A stretch of 64,000 nt of DNA from a virus. Shown piece by piece: positions 1 through 9,903 of this stretch (position 1 is the first letter of the stretch; the number at the start of each line of letters is the position of its first letter). Position numbers and translations under genes: made by a program. A model generated the notes under the pieces. It had not been told where the DNA came from. It saw only the letters and a program-made list of their open reading frames with translations, and ran no database searches. The DNA lies in the IMG/VR virus record IMGVR_UViG_3300042898_004347, positions 76,054-140,053 of that record. One strand, given 5' to 3'.

Positions 1-730
1 TCTTGTCCTGGGGAACTTTGCTCAGATCAATAAGAGCGGTATTGCGCTGGAAATTGCGGTATGTTTCTTGATTCATTACCGTATCCAGGGAAGAACGTGA
101 GGCATACCATGCATCAACTTTTTTAGCAGAAACTGGCTTTTGGCGAATCTTATCCACGAACGTATTGTCTGGAGAAAGAATGTTTGGAATACCGTCTCCA
201 CTATCTCCACGAACCGTATGGTCAAACAGATATTTGACTGGATCCTTCTCCTTGATGAAAGACTTAATCATAGGTGAGAACTGTTTTACATTGGAATACT
301 GTTGAAGCTGGATGAAATCTTTATCCGAAGAAATGATCATCACTGGCTCGTGTTGACCAAAGTTCTGTGTCTTTTCTGTAAGAGTTCCAATGATGTCATC
401 AGCCTCAATGTTGTTAATGTGAACAACCTTGTATGGAAAATTCTCTGCAATTTCATTGCGCACCAGAGTTAGAATGCGAAAGAATTCAGTCCAATCAAGA
501 CCGCTATCGTCTCGGTTTGCCTTTCGGTGAGCCTTGTACTGAGGATAGATCTGCTTGCGCCACGAACCTCCGTCACAGGCAATAACCATCTGACCGTATT
601 CCTTACGATGCTTGAGGTTATACATCCTCAAGGAGTTTAGAATCATGTGGCGTATCAAATGCTCTGAAACATCCATCTTCTGTGTGAAGATGTTGGAAAT
701 TGCAATACCCGAATAGTCGACTAAGATCAT
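1..730 (-). CDS. rnh: RNase H / 5'-3' flap exonuclease (T4 rnh-like), runs off the window start
   Basis: Hand translation from ATG at 730 gives MILVDYSGIAISNIF...IRHMILNSLRMYN...MVIACDGGSWRKQIYPQYKAHRK...IEADD, typical of T4-like RNase H. Not in the ORF track because it is truncated. Confidence 0.9.
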   Translation of the reverse strand, partial: MILVDYSGIAISNIFTQKMDVSEHLIRHMILNSLRMYNLKHRKEYGQMVIACDGGSWRKQIYPQYKAHRKANRDDSGLDWTEFFRILTLVRNEIAENFPYKVVHINNIEADDIIGTLTEKTQNFGQHEPVMIISSDKDFIQLQQYSNVKQFSPMIKSFIKEKDPVKYLFDHTVRGDSGDGIPNILSPDNTFVDKIRQKPVSAKKVDAWYASRSSLDTVMNQETYRNFQRNTALIDLSKVPQDK

Positions 731-736
731 GTACCA

Positions 737-765
737 ATCATACTACGCTAACGTCAGATGTAAAC
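737..765 (-). promoter_or_regulatory. Sigma70/T4-early-type promoter, near-leaderless
   Basis: Minus strand GTTTAC-N17-TATGAT, then 6 nt to the rnh ATG. Confidence 0.65.
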
Positions 766-766
766 A

Positions 767-1186
767 CTAAAGTAACGTTTTGCGGTATTTTGTCAACTGG
801 TTTCTCGTGACTCTTACCCGAATCTGGTCGTTATAATACTCATCGGAAAGAATAGCTTTTCTTTCTACCTGTTCCTTCATCTCTAGGTAAGAACATTCGC
901 TCTTACTGGTGCATAGGTGCAGAATAACCCTACGAAAATTTATTTTACCGATTTCAGCGATATCCTTTTGAAGTGCATTGCTGGAACCATAATAGGTCTT
1001 CCAGTCCGACTCAACAAGGATGCGCTTCTTTTTCTTCTTGACCGTTTTAAAGCCCTTGAAGAAAAAGAGTTTCTTTCCGACGTACTTACGACCATTTACT
1101 AGGTTCTCTATTAAATAGACGAACCCGTAAATTTTCTTTGGGTCTAATTCAATTGGTTCAAACGGAGAGTCATGATGAAGCCACAT
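767..1186 (-). CDS. denA: GIY-YIG endonuclease, T4 endonuclease II (DenA)-like
   Basis: YGFVYLIEN...KYVGKK...ESDWKTYYGS...E...YYN; short stand-alone GIY-YIG next to nrdA. Confidence 0.7.
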   Translation of the reverse strand: MWLHHDSPFEPIELDPKKIYGFVYLIENLVNGRKYVGKKLFFFKGFKTVKKKKKRILVESDWKTYYGSSNALQKDIAEIGKINFRRVILHLCTSKSECSYLEMKEQVERKAILSDEYYNDQIRVRVTRNQLTKYRKTLL

Positions 1187-1199
1187 AATGGCTTATTTA

Positions 1200-1382
1200 T
1201 CACTCCTCGTCGATGTCGCCTTCTTCGCTGCAATGGTTGCCGCATATTGGGCAATACTCGGGATAACTTTCCACCGAGGTATTATCCTCGTTCTCATCCA
1301 CATCAGGATCAACAATATCCTCCGTGAATGAAATGGTAGAAATGCAACCGCAACAATAGCAATTAATTTGTACTTTAGGCAT
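1200..1382 (-). CDS. Small zinc-ribbon protein
   Basis: CYCCGC...YCPICG; ATG at 1382 overlaps the nrdA stop (TAATG). Confidence 0.65.
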   Translation of the reverse strand: MPKVQINCYCCGCISTISFTEDIVDPDVDENEDNTSVESYPEYCPICGNHCSEEGDIDEE

Positions 1383-3040
1383 TAGGCTTCGCATGACGCG
1401 CAGTTAAGTAGGTTACGTCCCAGCTCTTGGGCCGGATGCGTTCCACGTTGGTAATAGAGGGTTTTGATGTTATTTTCCCAGGCAAAAATCATGAGTTGAT
1501 TTACTTCTTTCGGAGAGGTCTTTGGATGAACCATAAGATTCAGTGATTGACCTTGGTCAATGTACTTCTGACGAGCAGAAGCCTGAATGATGATTTCTTT
1601 CTGAGAAATTTCTCCGAAGGTCTTAAAGACTTCTTTCTCTTCAGGAGTCATAAACTTCAGATGAAGAACGGAACCGCCATGAGTAAGAATTGACTTCCAC
1701 GTATCCTCGTCGTTCTTATCATGCTTCTTAAGTACGTCTTTGAGATAGGGATTTTTATAGGCAAATGAACCCTTTGCCAGCTTCTTCATGAAGTAATTTG
1801 AATTCAACGGTTCAATCGAAGGTGATACCTGACCCAGAATAAAGCTCGACGACGTTGTTGGTGCCACAGCAAGAGTTGTGACATTACGACGACCCGTGCC
1901 CTTTAGAAGTTCCGGCTCACCAAACTTCTCTGCCAGTTCCATTGTTGCTTTATCTGCGCGTTCACGAATGACGCGCCAAATGCCAGTATTCAGCAACTTA
2001 GCCTCCATTGATTCAAAGCCAATCATCTTGGATTGAAGTAATGAATGCCAACCAAGAACGCCGAGACCCAATGCACGTTGATTCTTTGCAAAACGATGTG
2101 GAGCCTCCATGAACTTCATGCCAACAGTCTTGTCCACAAACTCCTGATTTACGGAATCAAGGAAGTAGATCATCGTCTCGACGGCATCCGTTTCCTTTAT
2201 TTCTTCCCAATGAAGAAGATTCAGAGATGAAAGGACACATACAAATGATTCTTCGTCATTTGATGAAAGACAGATTTCAGAGCAAAGATTGGATGAATTG
2301 ATCTTACGTTTCTTTTCTTTGTAGATTGCAGGAGCACTCTTATTCACGGTGTCTGTAAAGAAGATGTAAGGATAACCAGTCTCAAAGCGTTTCTTAATCA
2401 CCTTTGTCCACGTCTCGCGCTTCTCTTTATCACCTTCAATCATTGACTTCATCCATTTGTCCGTAATTGTAACACCAATCGACATGTTCTGAATGGCATG
2501 GCCGTCTGAACGGATCTGAAGAAATTCTTCAACATCTGGATGTTCAACTGGAAGATACGCAGCAAAAGAACCACGACGAGCAGAACCCTGTGAGATGACT
2601 TCTGCAATGGTGTCAAACAGTTCCATGAAATGCACTGGACCCGAAGATTCGCCTCCCACGGAGATGGGCGTGCCACGTGCACGGAGGTCACCGAAATAGC
2701 CCGAAGTACCGCCACCATGTTTTGACATGATGCCAACCTCAGCCGCCTTATTCAAAATATCTTCCATCTTGTCGGAAATATGAGAATTAAAGCACGACAC
2801 TGGAAGACCGCGGTCATTACCGTAGTTAGTCCATACAGGAGTAGAAAGTGAATAGAATCCACGCGCCATATAATTCTCAAACTTATCCGCAAATCCCTTC
2901 ATGCCTAAAAGCTTTTCAGCATGCTCCGCAATCTGGCCGATACGCTTCTCAGGAGTCATTCCTTCCTTCAGGTATCCTCTTTCAAGGAATTGACGCGAGT
3001 GCGTGTTTAGCCAATAGTATTTTTCTTGTTCGGAACTCAT
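1382..3040 (-). CDS. nrdA: Ribonucleotide reductase class I alpha subunit (short, no ATP cone)
   Basis: PVSCF, SNLCSEI, APTTSSS, KTLYY, C-terminal CASCEA. Confidence 0.95.
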   Translation of the reverse strand: MSSEQEKYYWLNTHSRQFLERGYLKEGMTPEKRIGQIAEHAEKLLGMKGFADKFENYMARGFYSLSTPVWTNYGNDRGLPVSCFNSHISDKMEDILNKAAEVGIMSKHGGGTSGYFGDLRARGTPISVGGESSGPVHFMELFDTIAEVISQGSARRGSFAAYLPVEHPDVEEFLQIRSDGHAIQNMSIGVTITDKWMKSMIEGDKEKRETWTKVIKKRFETGYPYIFFTDTVNKSAPAIYKEKKRKINSSNLCSEICLSSNDEESFVCVLSSLNLLHWEEIKETDAVETMIYFLDSVNQEFVDKTVGMKFMEAPHRFAKNQRALGLGVLGWHSLLQSKMIGFESMEAKLLNTGIWRVIRERADKATMELAEKFGEPELLKGTGRRNVTTLAVAPTTSSSFILGQVSPSIEPLNSNYFMKKLAKGSFAYKNPYLKDVLKKHDKNDEDTWKSILTHGGSVLHLKFMTPEEKEVFKTFGEISQKEIIIQASARQKYIDQGQSLNLMVHPKTSPKEVNQLMIFAWENNIKTLYYQRGTHPAQELGRNLLNCASCEA

Positions 3041-3042
3041 AA

Positions 3043-4014
3043 TTAAAATAGATCAGATTGACTGAAGCTCTGCCCTTTCTTGGAATACTCAATGGGACGT
3101 GAATGGAAGAAGTCCGTCATATTGTTGCCTAGAATCTGTTCATCGAACCAAACGGTTTTCTTGACCATTTCTTTATCAACTTCAAATAGCTTCTCAAAGC
3201 CAATCTGAACCAATGATTCATTCATACGGTTCTTGATGAACTCACGAAGTAAAGGCGTGTTGAGGCTTTCAACACTGTAACCATTCACGATCCAATCAAT
3301 GATCTTGCACTCATATTCAATGGCGAGAAGGGACTCGGAGATAATCTTCTCATTGAGCTCAGCATCAAATAATTCAGGATGTTCATCGCGAATGGTATTG
3401 ATGAGCTTGATGCCAATCATGGCATGAAGATTCTCCTCACGAGAAGTGTACTCCACCTGCTTGTTCGTATCCTTCAGAAGATTGCGGAAACGACCAAAGT
3501 AACTAATGGTGTAGAACTGACTAAAGAGTGCGATGTTCTCAACAAACAACGTGAAGAGAATCAGAGAATAAACGAACTGCTTCTTTTTGTCCGGAGTAAA
3601 TGGCTGGAGGTACTTGCGAAGATATGTCACGCGACCCCGGATAATATCTTCTTGGAGAATACGATCAAATGAGTCATCAATGCCCAGAACGTCAAGAAGG
3701 CGTTCATATGCATCTCCATGGACCACCTCAGAATTTGCCATGACATAACCCAGATCCGTGATAGTAGGATGTGGAAGATTTTCTCCAACCCTGGCCCAGA
3801 ACTTCTTCACGGAGATTTCTAGTTGGCCGATTGTGGAAAGAGCCCGCACGATGATTTCACGTTCCTGAGGAGTGAGGGATACTTTATAATCCTGAATATC
3901 ACTTTGGAAATTAAATTCCCGATGGGTCCAAAACCCATTCTGCATTGCCTCAATGTAAGCCTGTGTCCATGGATAATAATCAGGTTTACGTGAAATTTGT
4001 TCTTCGAAAATCAT
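3043..4014 (-). CDS. nrdB: Ribonucleotide reductase class I beta subunit (class Id-like)
   Basis: Ferritin-like ligands QLEISVK, EVVHGDAY, VENIALFSQF, EENLH; C-terminal DFF...Y. Confidence 0.95.
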   Translation of the reverse strand: MIFEEQISRKPDYYPWTQAYIEAMQNGFWTHREFNFQSDIQDYKVSLTPQEREIIVRALSTIGQLEISVKKFWARVGENLPHPTITDLGYVMANSEVVHGDAYERLLDVLGIDDSFDRILQEDIIRGRVTYLRKYLQPFTPDKKKQFVYSLILFTLFVENIALFSQFYTISYFGRFRNLLKDTNKQVEYTSREENLHAMIGIKLINTIRDEHPELFDAELNEKIISESLLAIEYECKIIDWIVNGYSVESLNTPLLREFIKNRMNESLVQIGFEKLFEVDKEMVKKTVWFDEQILGNNMTDFFHSRPIEYSKKGQSFSQSDLF

Positions 4015-4179
4015 AATTGGTTAAAGATTGATTGTAGGTTAAGTCCAGATCTAAGGTCGAGTATTATACTAACCTAACTATCTCGAACTGTACACACCAA
4101 AATAAATGATAACGAAGTTATGTGTGGTAGCCTATCTATACCAAGGGACACTTCCAGCCCCTAACTATTTTATTTATTT

Positions 4180-4497
4180 TTAGCCCCTACGGATCGCTCT
4201 TAAAGCTCCGTTATCCGAATTGCGAAGAACAATCACATGGTTAGGATTCTTCTTGGCGTATTCATAAATGCTGGTGTGACCTTCATTTTGCATATCAAGG
4301 TACTTGGACCAATGTTCAAACTTAACTTTACCAGATTCAAATTTACGAAATAATTGTGAGTCAACGTCGAATGACTTATATTTACGGCGCATAAGACCAC
4401 CAGATGTTGGTGGCATGGCAATATTTTCGCTATCACCCGTTACATTTACGGGAGTTGCTACCGCATCTTCTGCAACACTTTCTAGGAATGATTTCAT
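4180..4497 (-). CDS. Hypothetical protein, possible internal head protein
   Basis: MKSFLESVAE N-terminus; coupled to the upstream gene. Confidence 0.6.
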   Translation of the reverse strand: MKSFLESVAEDAVATPVNVTGDSENIAMPPTSGGLMRRKYKSFDVDSQLFRKFESGKVKFEHWSKYLDMQNEGHTSIYEYAKKNPNHVIVLRNSDNGALRAIRRG

Positions 4498-5084
4498 CGT
4501 GTGATATCCTCGGTGGAAATGTAAATATGCTGATTCGTGGATTCGTGTAGAACTTTAAAAATTGGAGTGCCCAGAAATTTACCTGATGGGACGATTGCTT
4601 CTGCCACTTTAATCTTGCTACCTTTATGAGCAAGAAATTCAGCAGTATGAATCAACGCGGTATCGCAACGGAGAGTATAACGACCCGGCTGGAGTTCTCC
4701 ATTCTTCGTGAGAAACCAGGTGTTTTCATTTAAAACCATGTCAACCTCAACATCCTCGAGACGCTCGAAGATTTTCTGAAGTCCCTTCTCGGACATTCCA
4801 GTTTCCTCCTTGATGAGATAGAGTGCCGCAGCATAAGAGGCAATACGAGTGCGCCCGAATGGAAGCTTATTCAATAGTTTCTTAATATTGAATACCAGTC
4901 GGTGAAACATCGTGTAGGATGACTTTTCCTCCGATGTTTTGAGTTCCGAAGCTTTCTTTAGAATATTACCTTCTTTGTCAACGATGCCATACTTAAAGGC
5001 CTCCATTTTTTCCCACGGAGTGACAAGGATTTTTAAGAATCGAAAGGTATAATAGAGGTCCGCGGTCCTTGAAATGATGCTCAT
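4494..5084 (-). CDS. Conserved hypothetical protein of T4-like myoviruses
   Basis: YTFRFLKILVTPWEK.EAFKYGIVD...YTMFHRLVFNIKK...ASYAAALYLIKE pattern, familiar from T4-like phages. Confidence 0.7.
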   Translation of the reverse strand: MSIISRTADLYYTFRFLKILVTPWEKMEAFKYGIVDKEGNILKKASELKTSEEKSSYTMFHRLVFNIKKLLNKLPFGRTRIASYAAALYLIKEETGMSEKGLQKIFERLEDVEVDMVLNENTWFLTKNGELQPGRYTLRCDTALIHTAEFLAHKGSKIKVAEAIVPSGKFLGTPIFKVLHESTNQHIYISTEDITR

Positions 5085-5449
5085 AGTGATCTGAGAGTTT
5101 TTACAATGTATTCGTCCAGGGGAATTTCTACTTTTTCTTTTTCGGGTAGGTAATTAAGAAAGACCAAAAAGGGTTTTAATGAAGGCCATAACTCTTTTTC
5201 GATCTTGTAGAAGACCATGCGATTTGAAGCTTCGATTCCGAATACGTTATAGAGAACAATGAGGTGGTTAAGAACGAGTCTTTCTTGAATAAGTCCCGAC
5301 TGCTGATACTTTCTCAGAAGCCTTTTGATGTATTTGAATCGGGCTAGATCATCATAAAATTCTTCAATGTCCAAACACTGAGGGTTATTATAATTTTTAG
5401 AGGCGAATAGTAGGAAATTTTCTTCGGTTAGATCGTCAAATATTCTCAT
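5081..5449 (-). CDS. Conserved hypothetical protein of T4-like myoviruses
   Basis: LTEENFLLFA.K.Y.NPQC...EEFYDDL.RFKYIKRLL...ERLVLNH. Confidence 0.75.
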   Translation of the reverse strand: MRIFDDLTEENFLLFASKNYNNPQCLDIEEFYDDLARFKYIKRLLRKYQQSGLIQERLVLNHLIVLYNVFGIEASNRMVFYKIEKELWPSLKPFLVFLNYLPEKEKVEIPLDEYIVKTLRSL

Positions 5450-5464
5450 TATGTATATATGTCA

Positions 5465-5890
5465 TTAGCAGTTCCATTTCCTAAGAGCCAGAGCCTTTCG
5501 GCTTGGTTCTCCATTGGGCTTCTTCATTGGCCCTTTCACCCCGGACATGCGGGCGCAGAATGACTTGCGGCGATTTGCGGCCTTGCTGCCCTTCTTTAAT
5601 TTAGAAGGAGATGTTGTTACCGGAGCTTTAAGATTACCGCCCGTCTTGCGATTATAATGATCCCGACCTTTCTGAGTTAAACCGCCCGTGGAGCTTTTGT
5701 GCCCTTTAGCATCAATTGCAGCCTCGAGAAGTTCATGATCGTCTACGGATTCAAAATCTTCCCAGATCACATCAGAGTCTACGCCGTTCTTTTCGGCAAT
5801 ATTCTCGACCATTTCTTCGATGATATCAAACTGCGATTCAAGGAGAGCCGTCTCTTCAAGAAATTGACGATATACCGAAAATGGATTCAT
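5465..5890 (-). CDS. Hypothetical protein with a basic C-terminal module, possible internal head protein
   Basis: Acidic N-half; basic GGLTQKGR...RRKSFCARM...ALRKWNC module. Confidence 0.7.
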   Translation of the reverse strand: MNPFSVYRQFLEETALLESQFDIIEEMVENIAEKNGVDSDVIWEDFESVDDHELLEAAIDAKGHKSSTGGLTQKGRDHYNRKTGGNLKAPVTTSPSKLKKGSKAANRRKSFCARMSGVKGPMKKPNGEPSRKALALRKWNC

Positions 5891-5894
5891 TCAC

Positions 5895-6278
5895 TTATAG
5901 CGCCGATTTAACAATTTTATTGACAATCTGCTGTTTGTTTTCTTTGCCACTAAGCTTGACACCTTCATTCTCAGCAATCACTTGAAGTTCTAATTTAGAA
6001 AGACCCTTGAGTTGTGCCTTCGTGCGAACAGGTTCAGCTGATTCTTCTTGGCTTTCTTCAACCGCAACTGGTTCTACTGCAGCAGGCTCGAGCAGATCTT
6101 CTTCATAGGAAGACTGAGGAACTGCTACTTCGGTATTGCACGTGCATTCTTCTTCGTGACAAGGCATCTTTTGAACATCCTTGTTAGCGTCTAGTCTATA
6201 ATAATAGTCAGGCTTCTGGTTAAAGAGACCGATAAAGTCTGCCCAATGTAGTTTAATGGATTCAATCAATGATTTCAT
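5895..6278 (-). CDS. Hypothetical protein with a C-terminal Rho-N/HeH-like helical motif
   Basis: LKGLSKLELQVIAENEGVKLSGKENKQQIV. Confidence 0.55.
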   Translation of the reverse strand: MKSLIESIKLHWADFIGLFNQKPDYYYRLDANKDVQKMPCHEEECTCNTEVAVPQSSYEEDLLEPAAVEPVAVEESQEESAEPVRTKAQLKGLSKLELQVIAENEGVKLSGKENKQQIVNKIVKSAL

Positions 6279-6297
6279 ATAGGTGTTGGTTTAAGTA

Positions 6298-7503
6298 CTA
6301 TTTTAATTTAACAGGAGAATCAACAATGGCAACCTTTGGAAGAGCAGCTGATGAATTGGCAGGAGCTGGTTTTTCAGCAGAATCAAGTTTATCCGCGCCG
6401 TCTTGCGCAGCAGTTGGAAGCATGTCTACAACTTCTGTTTCATCATCAGCATCATCTTTCATTTTCTGTGTTGCAGGATCCATGACTTCTGGACCCGCTT
6501 CTGCATCAGCCGCGGTACCTTCCTCAACTGATTTCTTTCCGTAGTGTTTTGCTGCTGCATCGCTTGCCTCTCTGTCTTGATCTGCCGAAACAAGATGAAG
6601 CATATGATGGTTGTACATACTCCGATGGAATTCATGATGGATATTAGCTGCACTTCGAATCTGTGGATCGCCTGCGTGGTGAGCGTACACGCGATAGTGT
6701 TCTGCTGCTAGATTGTGAGCATGCTGAGCATCCTCATGATGCGTGTCCGACCCGGACGAGTGAGCCAGGGCGGTTAACCCGTTTGCTTTGTTAGTGAGGT
6801 TATGTGCATGAGGATCTCCTGCAACATTCTCATTGACCATTGAAGCATAGGTAGCAGCAACGGAAGCAATAGTTTGTTCGCCGGTCATTTTTGGCTTCTC
6901 ATCTTCATCCTTCTCATCTTCTTTGTCTGCATCCTGATCGTTTGGCTCGTCCATGCCATCAGCATCGGGTTCTGCATCTTTCTCATCAGAATCTTCTTCC
7001 TTTTCTTCACTGCGGAGTTTCTTTAGATCATCTCCATCAACCTTGCCGTTTTTATTGACATCAAGCTTATGCTGATTGCCGACAAGCTCTTCTTCTACTT
7101 TGTCATCATCGAGTTTTGGCATTTCGTCAGCCTTTACTTCTTTCTCGTCGTGATTGTCCATCTTAATCTCTTCTGCATCCTCTTCCTTAACTTCCGCAGG
7201 AACTTCATCAGAAGGTTGCTTTGGTGCATTTTCTACTCCTGCGTCCTGAATCTTCTTGGCCTGGCCTTGATCTTCTTCCGAGGCCTCTTCCTTGATGCTC
7301 TTGATACCGTATTTCTTACCATTAAATTCAAAAGAAGCTTTCTTAGAATTAGCAGCTTCAGTCACAGCCTGAACGAATGCAGTTACATTCTCTTCAGTAA
7401 TTGATGTGGGTACCCATTTTGGACGAGCACCTGATGCTGCGGCTTTGGGCTTGAGCATTGCGAGGTATGATTCTGCGACTGACTGAAGTGATTTTAAGTT
7501 CAT
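6298..7503 (-). CDS. Acidic, His-rich modular protein, putative internal head protein
   Basis: Late promoter at 7530; low-complexity D/E segments, EF-hand-like DVNKNGKVDGDD, His-rich helical segment. Confidence 0.7.
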   Translation of the reverse strand: MNLKSLQSVAESYLAMLKPKAAASGARPKWVPTSITEENVTAFVQAVTEAANSKKASFEFNGKKYGIKSIKEEASEEDQGQAKKIQDAGVENAPKQPSDEVPAEVKEEDAEEIKMDNHDEKEVKADEMPKLDDDKVEEELVGNQHKLDVNKNGKVDGDDLKKLRSEEKEEDSDEKDAEPDADGMDEPNDQDADKEDEKDEDEKPKMTGEQTIASVAATYASMVNENVAGDPHAHNLTNKANGLTALAHSSGSDTHHEDAQHAHNLAAEHYRVYAHHAGDPQIRSAANIHHEFHRSMYNHHMLHLVSADQDREASDAAAKHYGKKSVEEGTAADAEAGPEVMDPATQKMKDDADDETEVVDMLPTAAQDGADKLDSAEKPAPANSSAALPKVAIVDSPVKLK

Positions 7504-7529
7504 GATTGTTTAAGAAGTGAAAGCTACCC

Positions 7530-7537
7530 TATTTATA
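7530..7537 (-). promoter_or_regulatory. T4-type late promoter TATAAATA
   Basis: Exact consensus 26 nt upstream of the ATG at 7503. Confidence 0.7.
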
Positions 7538-7880
7538 AGGCTTTAATGTTATGGTTTGTACCGTAAAAGCCCTTTCCAGAAGCTGTACGATTTACTTGAA
7601 ATTGATGGCCCGTGGCTTTATGAGTATAGATGGATGTACCGGATCCGCCAAAGCCTGATCGAGTATGATCCACGCTATAGTCGGAATGAAATTTTTCTGC
7701 ATCTTTCTGATGTTTTTCTGTGGGGCTAGTGGAGTGCTCGTGTTTATGCCCAGAAACATAATGTTTTGCAAACTCAGCTGATCCTGCATCGTGTTCAACC
7801 CGATCGTCTGGGCTTAAGTTATATGCTTCGGCCATCTGATTATATTCAGAAACAAGAGAACGAATAAGTTGTGGTTTCAT
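7533..7880 (-). CDS. His-rich hypothetical protein
   Basis: Fits the tightly packed minus-strand gene array. Confidence 0.65.
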   Translation of the reverse strand: MKPQLIRSLVSEYNQMAEAYNLSPDDRVEHDAGSAEFAKHYVSGHKHEHSTSPTEKHQKDAEKFHSDYSVDHTRSGFGGSGTSIYTHKATGHQFQVNRTASGKGFYGTNHNIKAL

Positions 7881-7885
7881 ATGAA

Positions 7886-8185
7886 TTAGGGTTGGCGCAT
7901 TAAATACGCGCCGATGAGAGTTGCAATGGTGCCGGAAAGAGCGATCCAGAAGATTCGATTGATTGCGGAGATTGTCGTTGAATTCTCGCTCAATGTTCGT
8001 TCCGTCTTTTCCATCCGTTCTTCTAACTTGATCATTTTGCCCATGAGAAATTTCTTATCTCCTTCAAGTTGCAGCAGCTTTTCTTCAGCTCGCGCCAGGG
8101 AGATGATCGCTTCCGCAAGTTTATCGATTTTGGCTTCAATGCGATCGAGGCGGTGGTCATTTTCAATTGATTTTGGAGAGGCCAT
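7886..8185 (-). CDS. Coiled-coil protein with a C-terminal transmembrane helix
   Basis: RLDRIEAKIDKL heptads; IFWIALSGTIATLIGAYL. Confidence 0.65.
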   Translation of the reverse strand: MASPKSIENDHRLDRIEAKIDKLAEAIISLARAEEKLLQLEGDKKFLMGKMIKLEERMEKTERTLSENSTTISAINRIFWIALSGTIATLIGAYLMRQP

Positions 8186-8196
8186 AATTGTTGCGG

Positions 8197-9903
8197 TTAT
8201 TTACGAATGACTGAGGAGCGAACCTTTGCGAATACGCTAGTGTCTCCAGTTATAATTGATATGAGACTCTGTAATAGCTCGAAGAGTGCCATTTTCTCAG
8301 CAATGTTATTAATTGGCATTTCGGTATCAAGCTTCTTGATTGCACGAGAAATAGTAGGAAGACTTTGCCGATCAAGGAGACCGAGGCGAATTAGAGCCTG
8401 GAGACGAGCCAAGGATTTCTTGTCATCATCCGACATTCCTGCAGTTTCTTCACCATCCTCGGTTTCCTCTGCAATGACCGATTCATCCATCGGAGTATCT
8501 TTGTCAGCTGCATCGTACTTCTCATCCTGAAGATCCTCATCATATTCGACATAGGAATGTACGTCATCTAATTCGTTATATGCAGTCGTGATCTTGTTTT
8601 GAATCCATGCCTCGAGTTCATCCTCGTCATCCATGGCTGCTGCAAGGTCTTTTGCCATGTCCACTACCTTAAGGAGCTGACTCTTTGCCATTGAAACTTC
8701 TTCCGAACCATCTGTTTCTTTTGTAGCTTCTGTTACTTCGACCGATTCATTCTTCAACTTTGAGACAATTGCAAGATGAAATTGCTGAGCCTGCTTGTCT
8801 CCACGTTTTTCAGCAGCGATTGCTTCCTGAGAATGTTGTGTGATCTTTGCATTCTTCTTTAAATCGATGGCCTCGGCAATTTCAACAGCCTCGTTCATAT
8901 GTTTCTTGATGAGACGGTGAGCCATGAACTTATGCATAACTACCTGTTTATCGTGCTGCTTCACCATTGTCTCATGAGGAGTTAAATCTGCCGCGGAGGC
9001 TTTGTTACGAATGAGTTTATCCAGCTTCCGAGAATGAGAATTAGAAGCCTTCTCATGAGAATTTGCAGCCTTGATATGAGTGGAAATCGAAGGATTGTCC
9101 TTGGCCGCCTGAGAATGCATTGCGGCGGTACCGCTATGCTGCTTATATCCGCTCGCCTCATTTAAATCAGTGCCACTTGCGCTATTGACATTTTCACCAA
9201 TTTTTACTACTGGCTTCTTTGCGTTCTCCGCATCGCGCTTCTTGGCAACTTCGAACTTGGCGTCCATGTGTTTATGAAACGCGTCATTGTCTCCTGCTTT
9301 CTTTGCAGCCTGAGCAGCATCATGATGCATTGCCATATCTTCTGATGCACCTTCTTTTGGTACGCAATTTGGAACTTTGCGGCCGTCTTTCATTTTCATG
9401 CCGACTTGTTTATAATCGCTCCAGCAAGCTTCATCAACTTCTTCATGCATTGGTTGACTATCCCATACTGTAAACTTTCCATTCGGATGAGCCTTCTGAT
9501 GAAGAGACATCGCCTGATGATCAGCATCATTTTGATTCTTTGCTTTGACAACATACTCATGTTTCTTTTCGCCCTCAGGATGTTCATGAGCAAATGTAAC
9601 TTTAAAATTATTTTCCTCAGTCACATTAGAACTCTGGCCAGGAGTTGCATTCTTGTACTTGTTCGTTAACTCTGCGGTACCGAATTCTCCTGCGCCGTGT
9701 TCTTCTTCTTTCACTAGATTCTTATAGAGCCCACCCGGACCAGCAAGACTTTTCTTGGCTGGCTTCTTCCATTTAGAATCAAATTCTGATTTAGACATGG
9801 CTCCAGCGTTAACGCGGGCCATATCCGAGCTCTTTTTCTTTGATGCTTCATCAATGTGTTCTTCAGCAAGCGCGGCGGAACGAATTTGTTTGAGGTTTTT
9901 CAT
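8197..9903 (-). CDS. Large modular protein, putative internal head protein
   Basis: String of short modules separated by (L/I/V/M)xE motifs, including EACWSDYKQVGMK.K.GRKVPNCVP and His-rich helices. Confidence 0.7.
   Translation of the reverse strand: MKNLKQIRSAALAEEHIDEASKKKSSDMARVNAGAMSKSEFDSKWKKPAKKSLAGPGGLYKNLVKEEEHGAGEFGTAELTNKYKNATPGQSSNVTEENNFKVTFAHEHPEGEKKHEYVVKAKNQNDADHQAMSLHQKAHPNGKFTVWDSQPMHEEVDEACWSDYKQVGMKMKDGRKVPNCVPKEGASEDMAMHHDAAQAAKKAGDNDAFHKHMDAKFEVAKKRDAENAKKPVVKIGENVNSASGTDLNEASGYKQHSGTAAMHSQAAKDNPSISTHIKAANSHEKASNSHSRKLDKLIRNKASAADLTPHETMVKQHDKQVVMHKFMAHRLIKKHMNEAVEIAEAIDLKKNAKITQHSQEAIAAEKRGDKQAQQFHLAIVSKLKNESVEVTEATKETDGSEEVSMAKSQLLKVVDMAKDLAAAMDDEDELEAWIQNKITTAYNELDDVHSYVEYDEDLQDEKYDAADKDTPMDESVIAEETEDGEETAGMSDDDKKSLARLQALIRLGLLDRQSLPTISRAIKKLDTEMPINNIAEKMALFELLQSLISIITGDTSVFAKVRSSVIRK

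Noticed and set aside
767-1186. Mobile homing endonuclease
   Set aside because: It is a short GIY-YIG with no C-terminal DNA-binding repeats and sits at the usual denA position beside nrd.
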